In this document: positions 8,300-16,289 of the stretch, piece by piece | How the letters are laid out: each line of letters starts with the position of its first letter | Position numbering within the stretch: the first letter of the stretch is position 1 | Source: an uncultured Armatimonadetes bacterium | GTDB lineage: Bacteria > Armatimonadota > UBA5829 > DTJY01 | Reading direction: 5' to 3' | Assembly: GCA_963717145.1 (NCBI GenBank) | Contig: OY970325.1 | Location: 4,288,001 to 4,352,000, forward strand | DNA: 64,000 nucleotides | Translations under genes and position numbers: made by a program | The notes under the pieces: model-generated | Seen by the model: the letters and a program-made list of their open reading frames with translations, nothing else | What the model was told of the DNA's origin: nothing | Databases searched by the model: none

Positions 8300-10564
8300 A
8301 TGAAACCCTACCACGTGCTCTCTGCCCTGTTGTCGGCTGTCGTACTGCTGTCTCTGTGCTCGACCTGCTTTGCGGGTAGCCCCGTTTCCTTTGAAGGGAT
8401 GTCCGTGACCGCGGCGTTTCCGGGAAGGATCTACATTGAGAAGTCTGACCGAAGCCAGGGGATCCGAGTCGATACGCCCGGGATCTTCGCGGAGGGAGCC
8501 GTCGTCAACGTCTCCGGCACGCTGGAGATCGATCCCGTGACGGAGGAGCGATATGTCGCACCGTCGGCCGGGTATCCCCAGGCCACCGGAGCCACGCTCG
8601 TCCTCAAGCCGCTGGGAATCGTCGGCCGCGCATTTGGCGGAGGCGACTCGGCGATCCACGGAGGAATTGCGGGCGACTCGAACCTGAATAACGTCGGCAT
8701 GCTGGTCACAATCTGGGGGCCGGTGTCGGCGTTCGATGACCCGGTGAAACCCGTCAGTTGGTTCAAGATCAGCGATTCCCTGGGGCCGGAGATCAAGGTC
8801 GTCTGTCCGAGCGGCGTCAAGATCGACGTGGAATGGGCATATGTCGTCGTCACCGGGATAGCCTGCGTCGAGAAGGTGGGCGGATCGAACGTCCGGGTGC
8901 TCAAGGTGCGCAAGCCGAGCGATGTCGTCTCACGGCAGTCCTGGTCGGGGAACCGGCTCAAGTCGATGACCCTCGATGAGAAGGTCGGGCAGCTCTTCCA
9001 AGTCCGAGTCGACGGCGACACGCTCGAGGCATCCGAAATCAGCCTGGTCACCGACAAGCATGTCGGCGGCATAGTCTATTTCCAGTATAACGGCAACCTC
9101 AACGATCCCATGCGGTCGGCGCAGATGAGCAACGACCTGCAGGAGTACGCGGTCGGGCCGAGCGGCACGGGAATCCCGCTCCTGATCTCGATGGACCAGG
9201 AAGGCGGCCGAGTCACGAGGATCACCGGCGGCGCCGAGGGGCCGGGCAATATGGGGCTCGGGGCGTCGAGGAATACCGCACTGGCATACTCGATCGGCAG
9301 CATATTCGGTGAGGAGATCAAGGCGGTCGGCGGCAACATGGACCTCGCGCCGGTCCTCGATGTCAACAACAACCCGTCGAACCCGGTCATCGGCGTGCGC
9401 TCGTTCGGGGAGGATCCTGACCTCGCGTCGGAGATGGGACAGTCCTATGTGGAGGGCCTCCACAGCGCGGGCGTGATCGCAACCGGCAAGCATTTTCCGG
9501 GCCACGGCGACACCGCCGTCGACTCGCATTCCGGCCTTCCGATCGTGACCTACGATTTCGCGACCCTCGACAATATACATGGCAAGCCATTCAGGGATGC
9601 GATCGCGAACGGGCTTCAAGCCATCATGACCGCTCACATCGTCGTCACGTGCCTTGATCCCGATCGTCCGGCCACGCTCTCGCCCGCTGTTATGGAAGGC
9701 TACCTCCGCGGCAACCTGGGGTTCAACGGAGTGTGCATGACCGACTCGATGGGCATGGCGGGGATCACCTCGGGGTACGGCATCGGGCAGTCCTCGGTCC
9801 TGGCGATCAAGGCGGGCGTGGATCTCCTGTCCCTGTCGCCCGACCTCAATACCGCGATCGACGCTATCAAGGCGGCAGTCCAGAGTGGCGAGATACCGAT
9901 GTCCCGCCTAAATCAGGCGGTCGAGCGTATTCTCGCCCTGAAGCATCGGAATGGGATCTTCGCCAACCCGTATGTCGATCCGGCCGCCGCGGATGCGATC
10001 GTCGGAAGTACGGCTCACTGGAACGCCGAGTCGGCTGCCGCGCGGTCCGCGGTCACACTCGTCCAGAACACGGGCAGCATCCTGCCGTTGACCCTGACTC
10101 CGAGCCAGAAGATTCTGCTGGTGACCGTCGAGGGAGCTGAGACGACCACCAACGCCTCATCGCGATTCGCCTCATACATCACTGCGAAGCATTCGAACGT
10201 CCAGTCGCTCCCCTTGGTCGTGAACCCGAACTCCTCGCAGAGGACGACCGTCAAGAATGCGGCGGCGTCGGCATACGTGACCATAATCGGCACATCGAGG
10301 GCTCAGCTTTCGTCGAATGTGGGCCAGGCGACGCTGGTGAACGAGCTTCGGGCGCTAGGACGACTGGTGATCGTCGTCGGCCTGAGGGAACCGTATGAAC
10401 TGGCGAGCTTCCCGACGGCAAATGCGTACATTGCGGCGTACAACTACCGGAATTGCGGGTTCCAGGCGGCGGCGGACGTGCTCTTCGGCGATGTGAATCC
10501 ATCGGGCGTGCTCCCGGTCACGGTTCCGGGACTCTATGCGTTCGGCTACGGCCTGAGCTACTGA
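8300..10564 (+). CDS. Secreted GH3 beta-N-acetylhexosaminidase with an extra N-terminal ~190-aa domain
   Basis: Signal peptide; DQEGGRV, APVLDV, RSFG, KHFPGHGDTAVDSH (NagZ-type), TDSM; GH3 C-terminal domain. Confidence 0.9.
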   Translation: MKPYHVLSALLSAVVLLSLCSTCFAGSPVSFEGMSVTAAFPGRIYIEKSDRSQGIRVDTPGIFAEGAVVNVSGTLEIDPVTEERYVAPSAGYPQATGATLVLKPLGIVGRAFGGGDSAIHGGIAGDSNLNNVGMLVTIWGPVSAFDDPVKPVSWFKISDSLGPEIKVVCPSGVKIDVEWAYVVVTGIACVEKVGGSNVRVLKVRKPSDVVSRQSWSGNRLKSMTLDEKVGQLFQVRVDGDTLEASEISLVTDKHVGGIVYFQYNGNLNDPMRSAQMSNDLQEYAVGPSGTGIPLLISMDQEGGRVTRITGGAEGPGNMGLGASRNTALAYSIGSIFGEEIKAVGGNMDLAPVLDVNNNPSNPVIGVRSFGEDPDLASEMGQSYVEGLHSAGVIATGKHFPGHGDTAVDSHSGLPIVTYDFATLDNIHGKPFRDAIANGLQAIMTAHIVVTCLDPDRPATLSPAVMEGYLRGNLGFNGVCMTDSMGMAGITSGYGIGQSSVLAIKAGVDLLSLSPDLNTAIDAIKAAVQSGEIPMSRLNQAVERILALKHRNGIFANPYVDPAAADAIVGSTAHWNAESAAARSAVTLVQNTGSILPLTLTPSQKILLVTVEGAETTTNASSRFASYITAKHSNVQSLPLVVNPNSSQRTTVKNAAASAYVTIIGTSRAQLSSNVGQATLVNELRALGRLVIVVGLREPYELASFPTANAYIAAYNYRNCGFQAAADVLFGDVNPSGVLPVTVPGLYAFGYGLSY

Positions 10565-10590
10565 GGTTTGGAATGCGGAGTGGGGATTGC

Positions 10591-10679
10591 GGAGTATGGG
10601 AGTATGGGAGTATGGGGGTATGGGGGTATGGGGGTATGGGAGTAGGAGTGGGGAGTATGAGTATGAGTATGAGTATGAG
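10591..10679 (+). repeat. G-rich octamer tandem repeat (GGRGTATG)n followed by (GAGTAT)n
   Basis: Read directly; related tracts at 15935-15968, 18510-18553 and 20962-21035. Confidence 0.9.
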
Positions 10680-11077
10680 ACGGGCTTCCGGGGGGATTGG
10701 GCTGTGACGGAGATGTGTTGATCGGCGGAGGTTAACCGTCAGGCATTTGTCACATTTGGTTTGACCGAAACTATGACAAAGATGAGCGGCCTTCGATTGC
10801 TGTAAAAAAGCTGTCGAGGGCCGTTTGAGCGTGGGTGGGGCACTACAAATTCCTGCATTTCTTGACAAAATCCCCGTTTTCGGGTCCTTGTCGGGGGTTG
10901 TTCACTGCCTAGACACCACATTTTGGCGGGTTGCAGGCTATAAAAAGCGGTTCTTGGGCCCTGTTTCCGGTTGGGTGCTGTGGACTGCGGGGAGTAGCGC
11001 CTGGTTGTTGGTTGGGAGGATCCTTGCCTGCGACGGGTTGGCTTGGTATACTTACCGTCGGGAGGCATGTAGACCTT

Positions 11078-11419
11078 ATGGGCAACGCTTCCGACAATGT
11101 GTCGTTCCAATTGGACGTCTCACGCGATGAACTGCTGTCGTCCTTGGCGCTGATCGTCAAGTTGAGGAGGCTCAGGAACGCCACCTGGGTCAATCTGTCC
11201 TACGCAGAAGGCGAACTTGTATTCCATGTGAGCAGGCTGTCAACGCGGATGTCGGCCGAGGGCGACTGGCCAGGCACAGTCAAGATAAGGGTCTCGGAAC
11301 TGAGGAGGCTAGCGCTATCGCCTCCGTCTGCAGACCCGGTCATGTTCCGGTACTCCGGCGGCTTGGTGAAGATCGGTGACATGGTACTCCCGGCGGCAGG
11401 TTCGGAGGCCAGCCGATGA
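11078..11419 (+). CDS. Small hypothetical protein, possibly a single beta-clamp-like domain
   Basis: GGAGG RBS at 11061, TTGCCT-N17-TATACT promoter at 11024-11052, ATGA overlap with the R-M gene. Confidence 0.65.
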   Translation: MGNASDNVSFQLDVSRDELLSSLALIVKLRRLRNATWVNLSYAEGELVFHVSRLSTRMSAEGDWPGTVKIRVSELRRLALSPPSADPVMFRYSGGLVKIGDMVLPAAGSEASR

Positions 11420-14400
11420 ACCCAGTCGAAACCTACCTCACCGAGCTTCGGGATATCCGCGCCTACAATGCGCACGTCGAGGAGACCACCTTCTACGGTA
11501 CCCTGGAGACTCTCCTCAACGAGATCGGGAAGTCGCTCAAGCCGAAGGTCCGCTGCATAATCAACCCGAGGAACGAGGGCGCGGGGATTCCCGACGGCGG
11601 GCTGTTCACCCCCGATCAGAAGAATACCGACATGATCGGCGGCCAAGTCCCATCCCGTGGCGTCGTCGAGGTGAAGGGTATCCGCGACGAGGTACCCGCC
11701 GTCATCGCGACCGAACAGGTGCTGAAGTACCTCCGAAGATATGCGCAGGTGCTCGTGACGAACTACCGAGACTTCGCGCTCGTCGGCAGGGACGACGCGG
11801 GCAATCCCGTGACGCTCGAATCGTTCCGCCTCGCGGAGAGCGCCGACGACTTCAAGGCGAAGCTCGCCCATCCCCGAAAGCTTTCTCAGGAGATCGAAGC
11901 CGAGTTCACCGAGTTCCTCATGCGATCGCTTCTCCGCGCCGCCGATCTCACCGAGCCCAGAGACGTCGCCTGGGTGCTCGCATCCTACGCCCGAGTCGCT
12001 CGAGGCAAAGTCGAGCAGGCCGAACTTCCGGCGCTCGATGCGGTCCGGACGGCGCTGGAGGAAGCGCTCGGCCTCAAGTTCGAGGGCGAGAAGGGCGAGC
12101 ACTTCTTCCGATCGACGCTCGTGCAGACGCTCTTCTATGGCGTGTTCTCCGCCTGGGTGCTCTGGGCGAAGGACAACCGCGATCCGGGTCCAGAGGCCAA
12201 GTTCGACTGGCGAATGGCCGCATGGTATCTCCACGTCCCGATGATCGGCGCGCTCTTCGCACAGGTCGCGACGAAGGAGAAGCTCGGCGACTTGGGGCTC
12301 ATGGAGGTCCTCGACTCCGCCGGAGCCGCTCTGAACCGGGTCAAGCGCGGCCCGTTCTTCGAGAAGTTCGAGGAGCAGCATGCCGTTCAGTATTTCTATG
12401 AGCCCTTCCTCGAAGCGTTCGATCCCGAACTGCGCAAGCAGCTCGGCGTATGGTATACCCCGCCGGAGATTGTGGAGTATATGGTCGAGCGCGTGGATGC
12501 CGTCCTGCGCGAGGAGCTTCACATCGAAGGCGGGCTGGCGAACCCACAGGTCTACGTGCTCGACCCGGCGTGCGGAACGGGCGCGTACCTGGTGGAGGTG
12601 CTTCGGCGCATCGAGCGGACAATTCGCGAGGAACAGGGCGAGGATGCGGTTGCGGGCGCGATGGTCAAGCTTGCGGCCACCGAGAGGGTTTTCGGCTTCG
12701 AGATCCTGCCCGCGCCGTTCGTGGTCGCTCATCTCCAACTCGGGCTGATGCTCAAGAACATCGGCGCGGAACTCTCCGACGAGAAGAACGAGCGCGCGGG
12801 GGTCTACCTCACCAATTCGCTCACCGGCTGGGAGCCGCCCACCGGGCCGAAGACCCGCATCATGTTCCCGGAGATGGAGCAGGAACGCGAGGCCGCCGAC
12901 CGCGTGAAGCGCGATGTCCCCATCCTCGTCATTCTCGGCAATCCGCCGTACAACGGATACGCGGGGATGGCCGTGTCGGAGGAGCGCGAGCTTTCGACCG
13001 CCTACCGCGATACGAAACGTGCCCCGAAGCCTCAGGGTCAGGGTCTGAACGATCTCTACATCAGGTTCTTCCGCATGGCCGAGCGCCGCATCGTGGAGGG
13101 AACGCAGAAGGGCGTCGTCTGCTTCATTTCGAACTACTCCTGGCTCGATGGCCTCTCGTTTACAGGGATGCGCGAGAGGTATCTGGAGGTTTTCGACGAG
13201 GCATGGATCGATAATCTGCATGGCGATCGGATTATCTCAGAGTATGCGCCGGATGGCCGAACGAGCGAAACCGTATTCGCCATGGCGGGCACGTCTCCGG
13301 GTATCAAGATAGGTACGGCGATAGCCCTGCTGGTGAAAAAGGATGGGGAGAGCGGTGAGACCTGTGAGTTGCACTACCGCGATCTCGACGAAGCCAGGGC
13401 GGATGACCGGCGGAGGGCTTTGCTCACCGGTCTGAAGGCATCGAGCTTCGACGAATCGTATGCTACCCTGGAGCCGGTTCTGCAGATCGGCCTGCCGTTC
13501 AAGCCGCGAGCGATGGGGGAGGATTACATCACCTGGCCTTTGCTCACCGACCTCTTCCCGGTTTCTTTCCCGGGAGTCAAGACGAGCCGCGACGATGTGG
13601 TTGTAGATATCGACCGCGACCGCCTGGTCAAGCGCATGGAGCAGTACTTCGATCCCGAGATCAGCCACGAAGAGATGAGACGCATTTCTCCCGGCGCAAT
13701 GGAGAGCACGGCGCGGTTCAAAGCCGAAACCGTCCGCGATCAGCTCCGGAAGAGAGGCTTCCTTGCGGGGAACGTTCTGCGTTACTGCTATCGTCCGTTC
13801 GATTCGCGCTGGCTGTACTGGGAACCAGAGACAAAGTTATTGGATGAAAAGCGCTCGGAGTATACTCCTCACGTTTCTCCCGGCAACGAATGGCTGAGCG
13901 CCGGTCAACGCAACAGAAAGATGGACTTCTATCAGCCGCAGTTCACGACTCACCTGGCGGACCATCATCTCGTTGAGTCGAATGTCGGCATGTTTCCCAT
14001 CTTTATCATGCCCACTGAGGCCGACCTATCTCTCTTTGCCGATGCGGATATCCGGGCGAACTTGACGTCGTCGGCACAGCAGTACCTCGACGACATTCAC
14101 GGAGGAGTGGGCGATCTCTTCCACCACACGCTCGCGATACTCCACTCCCCCAACTACCGCAAGGAGAATGCCGGGGCATTACGCCAGGACTGGCCTCGGA
14201 TTCCGCTGCCGAACACGAGTGGGACGATGTACACGTCCGCCGACCTTGGGGAGCAACTCGCCGCGCTCCTCGACACCGAAAGCCCCGTCGCCGGGGTGAC
14301 CGCCGGGACTCTCAGGCCCGAGATCAAGGTCACCGGCGTCATATCCCGCGAGGGTGGGGGGAATCTGAACCCCGATACCGACTTCGCCGTCACGGTGGGA

Positions 14401-14817
14401 TGGGGTCATGCCGGGCAGGGAGGCGTCACCATGCCCGCGCGCGGCAAGGCGATCGAGCGCGAGTACACATCAGACGAACGCGCGGCGATTGTGCAGGGCG
14501 CGGGGGCGCTCGGCATCACGTCCGCTGAGGCGTTCGCTCACCTCGGGGAGACTACGTTCGATATCTACCTGAATAATACCGCGTACTGGAAGAACGTCCC
14601 CGCGCGCGTATGGGATTATCACATCGGCGGATACCAGGTCATCAAGAAGTGGCTCAGCTACCGTGAGGAGAAGCTCCTTGGCAGGCCTCTTCGCCTGGAG
14701 GAGGTCGAGGAAGTGCGGAACATGGCTCGTCGGATCGCCGGCATCTGCCTGCTTGAGCCCTCCATGGACAGAAACTACACGGCAGTCAAGGCAGACACGT
14801 ACGCTTGGCCGGGCTGA
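11416..14817 (+). CDS. Single-chain type IIG / type ISP-like restriction-modification enzyme (N6-adenine MTase, no helicase)
   Basis: N-terminal PDG...EVK nuclease motif, GVWYTP, motif I DPACGTG, motif IV GNPPY, C-terminal YRPFD...WPRIP...YHIGGYQVIKKWLSYR specificity region. Confidence 0.88.
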   Translation: MNPVETYLTELRDIRAYNAHVEETTFYGTLETLLNEIGKSLKPKVRCIINPRNEGAGIPDGGLFTPDQKNTDMIGGQVPSRGVVEVKGIRDEVPAVIATEQVLKYLRRYAQVLVTNYRDFALVGRDDAGNPVTLESFRLAESADDFKAKLAHPRKLSQEIEAEFTEFLMRSLLRAADLTEPRDVAWVLASYARVARGKVEQAELPALDAVRTALEEALGLKFEGEKGEHFFRSTLVQTLFYGVFSAWVLWAKDNRDPGPEAKFDWRMAAWYLHVPMIGALFAQVATKEKLGDLGLMEVLDSAGAALNRVKRGPFFEKFEEQHAVQYFYEPFLEAFDPELRKQLGVWYTPPEIVEYMVERVDAVLREELHIEGGLANPQVYVLDPACGTGAYLVEVLRRIERTIREEQGEDAVAGAMVKLAATERVFGFEILPAPFVVAHLQLGLMLKNIGAELSDEKNERAGVYLTNSLTGWEPPTGPKTRIMFPEMEQEREAADRVKRDVPILVILGNPPYNGYAGMAVSEERELSTAYRDTKRAPKPQGQGLNDLYIRFFRMAERRIVEGTQKGVVCFISNYSWLDGLSFTGMRERYLEVFDEAWIDNLHGDRIISEYAPDGRTSETVFAMAGTSPGIKIGTAIALLVKKDGESGETCELHYRDLDEARADDRRRALLTGLKASSFDESYATLEPVLQIGLPFKPRAMGEDYITWPLLTDLFPVSFPGVKTSRDDVVVDIDRDRLVKRMEQYFDPEISHEEMRRISPGAMESTARFKAETVRDQLRKRGFLAGNVLRYCYRPFDSRWLYWEPETKLLDEKRSEYTPHVSPGNEWLSAGQRNRKMDFYQPQFTTHLADHHLVESNVGMFPIFIMPTEADLSLFADADIRANLTSSAQQYLDDIHGGVGDLFHHTLAILHSPNYRKENAGALRQDWPRIPLPNTSGTMYTSADLGEQLAALLDTESPVAGVTAGTLRPEIKVTGVISREGGGNLNPDTDFAVTVGWGHAGQGGVTMPARGKAIEREYTSDERAAIVQGAGALGITSAEAFAHLGETTFDIYLNNTAYWKNVPARVWDYHIGGYQVIKKWLSYREEKLLGRPLRLEEVEEVRNMARRIAGICLLEPSMDRNYTAVKADTYAWPG

Positions 14818-14890
14818 GGCTGCGTGAGCCGATCCGCAGGCAGGCCTAGGGCGAACGCATCTTATCTACGCATGACCGCCAACCTAACGG

Positions 14891-14998
14891 TGTAGGAGGG
14901 ATTTTCCGGGATGGTTCGTGCCCGGTAATCCCGAACGTCGGCGTCAGGTGGCATTCGGGATTACCGGGCACGAACCATCCCGGAAAATCCCTCCTACA
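14891..14998. repeat. REP-like doublet, 45-bp perfect inverted repeat with GTAG...CTAC ends
   Basis: 14891-14935 is the reverse complement of 14954-14998. Confidence 0.9.
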
Positions 14999-15071
14999 TC
15001 CCCGCAGACTAGATGCGTTCGCCCTGCAAACAGGCCAACAAGTGCTTGACACGCCGATAGGGTTGAGCTAG

Positions 15072-15338
15072 CCTGCATTATCATGTCATTCTGAGCAGCG
15101 AACCGCGGGCACGCGGTTATTTCAAAAAGAAACCACCGATCTCCAGACGACTCCGTCGTCGGCTGCCGGAGATCGACGACGGAGTCGTCTGGAGATCGGC
15201 GCTTTCTTAGGAGCATGTCGAAGAATCCGGCCGATGAAAGTGCTTCAAACGCCAGATTCTTCGACAAGCTCAGAATGACAACGTGGGTCGCTCAGAATGA
15301 CAGCGTGGACGCTCTGAGCAGGTCATGAATAATGCAGG
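15072..15338. mobile_element. MITE with IS1380-like ends and CTAG target duplication, carrying nested palindromes
   Basis: CTAG|CCTGCATTATCATG ... CATGAATAATGCAGG|CTAG. Confidence 0.65.
15136..15199. repeat. Palindromic repeat family B (CCGATCTCCAGACGACTCCGTCGTCG...)
   Basis: Inverted doublet; further copies at 15448-15474 (single arm), 29448-29510 (diverged) and 52887-52947. Confidence 0.85.
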
Positions 15339-15519
15339 CTAGAAGCCTCCTACAACCGCTTCGCACTCCGAAGTGAAACCTTTCCGCTCCTTCATGCCGT
15401 CTAATCCATGACAGGGATGCGCCCGTGGGAGAGGTACAACAGGGCCACCGACGACGGAGTCGTCTGGAGATCGGTCAAAGCCTTCCCTGCGGGTCAATGA
15501 TCGAAGGGAGGAACACCGA

Positions 15520-15930
15520 ATGTTTGCAGACAAGAAGGGCAGAGTCCTGATCGGGATCGTGGCGGTGGTTTTCGTTGCCGCGCTGGCAGTGGCTTTGGTC
15601 ACGGGGTATCCGAGGGCCGCACTGGCTCAGGTGCCGCCGGGTATGGACCAGAATGCGCCGATGCCTCCGCCCCCGGGAGACTGGCAGGGGCAGCAACCTC
15701 CGCCAGGGGGACGTCAGGGCGGTGGTTACGGACAGATGCCGGGCGGGATGATGCGCCCCGGAATGGGAATGATGGATTCCGGCGGAGTGGCGATCGCCAT
15801 CAGCACCGATTCCATCTACGTCGTCAAGGGCAATACGCTCTTCCAGTTCAACGCGCGCACGCTCAAGCAGACGAACAGCGTGCAGTTGGCCCCGCCGACG
15901 CCCCAGCCGATGCCGCCTCCCCAGCAGTAG
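15520..15930 (+). CDS. Hypothetical exported Pro/Gly/Met-rich protein
   Basis: GGGAGG RBS, N-terminal hydrophobic signal, low-complexity middle, C-terminal IYVVKGNTLFQF motif. Confidence 0.75.
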   Translation: MFADKKGRVLIGIVAVVFVAALAVALVTGYPRAALAQVPPGMDQNAPMPPPPGDWQGQQPPPGGRQGGGYGQMPGGMMRPGMGMMDSGGVAIAISTDSIYVVKGNTLFQFNARTLKQTNSVQLAPPTPQPMPPPQQ

Positions 15931-16033
15931 CCCGGTGTGGGAGTGTGGGGGTGTGGGAGTGTGGGAGTCAGACCCAGTACTCCCACACCGTCACACTCCG
16001 CAATTCTGGGTATACAGACCATGAATCACCAGC

Positions 16034-16207
16034 GGGTGCATTTGCGCACACTGGGCCAGCCTCTCGTTATGCCACCAGAGTGGCTACTCGAGGAGAACGG
16101 TTGGGTGGTCTGCCAAGGTTCCCAAGCCCCAACCGTCTAGTCTCTAGTAGGTTTGTCTGGTAACCATAACGAGAGACGGTCGCCACCCACTGAACTCGAA
16201 TGCACCC
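16034..16207. mobile_element. MITE (GGGTGCATT...AATGCACCC ends) carrying a family C hairpin doublet
   Basis: ~22-bp imperfect TIRs; flanking 9-mers ATCACCAGC / CTCACCAGC (8/9 match). Confidence 0.7.
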
Positions 16208-16289
16208 CTCACCAGCCGCTGGGTTGACTTCAGGGCGGGAAAGTCTTACTATTACCTGGCTGAGGCACGTTTTGTTACGGGGCAAAATC

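Noticed and set aside
10912-10927. NrdR box (GACACCACATTTTGGC)
   Set aside because: Single partial match, no properly spaced second box and no ribonucleotide reductase gene nearby.
11200-13221. Long antisense ORFs (also 24731-26497, 33828-35450, 40518-41879, 48212-50371)
   Set aside because: Shadow frames opposite well-supported genes in high-GC3 DNA, with no recognisable motifs.
11416-14817. Complete type ISP enzyme or BREX/DISARM system
   Set aside because: No helicase/ATPase motifs in the protein, and no brx, pgl or drm neighbours.
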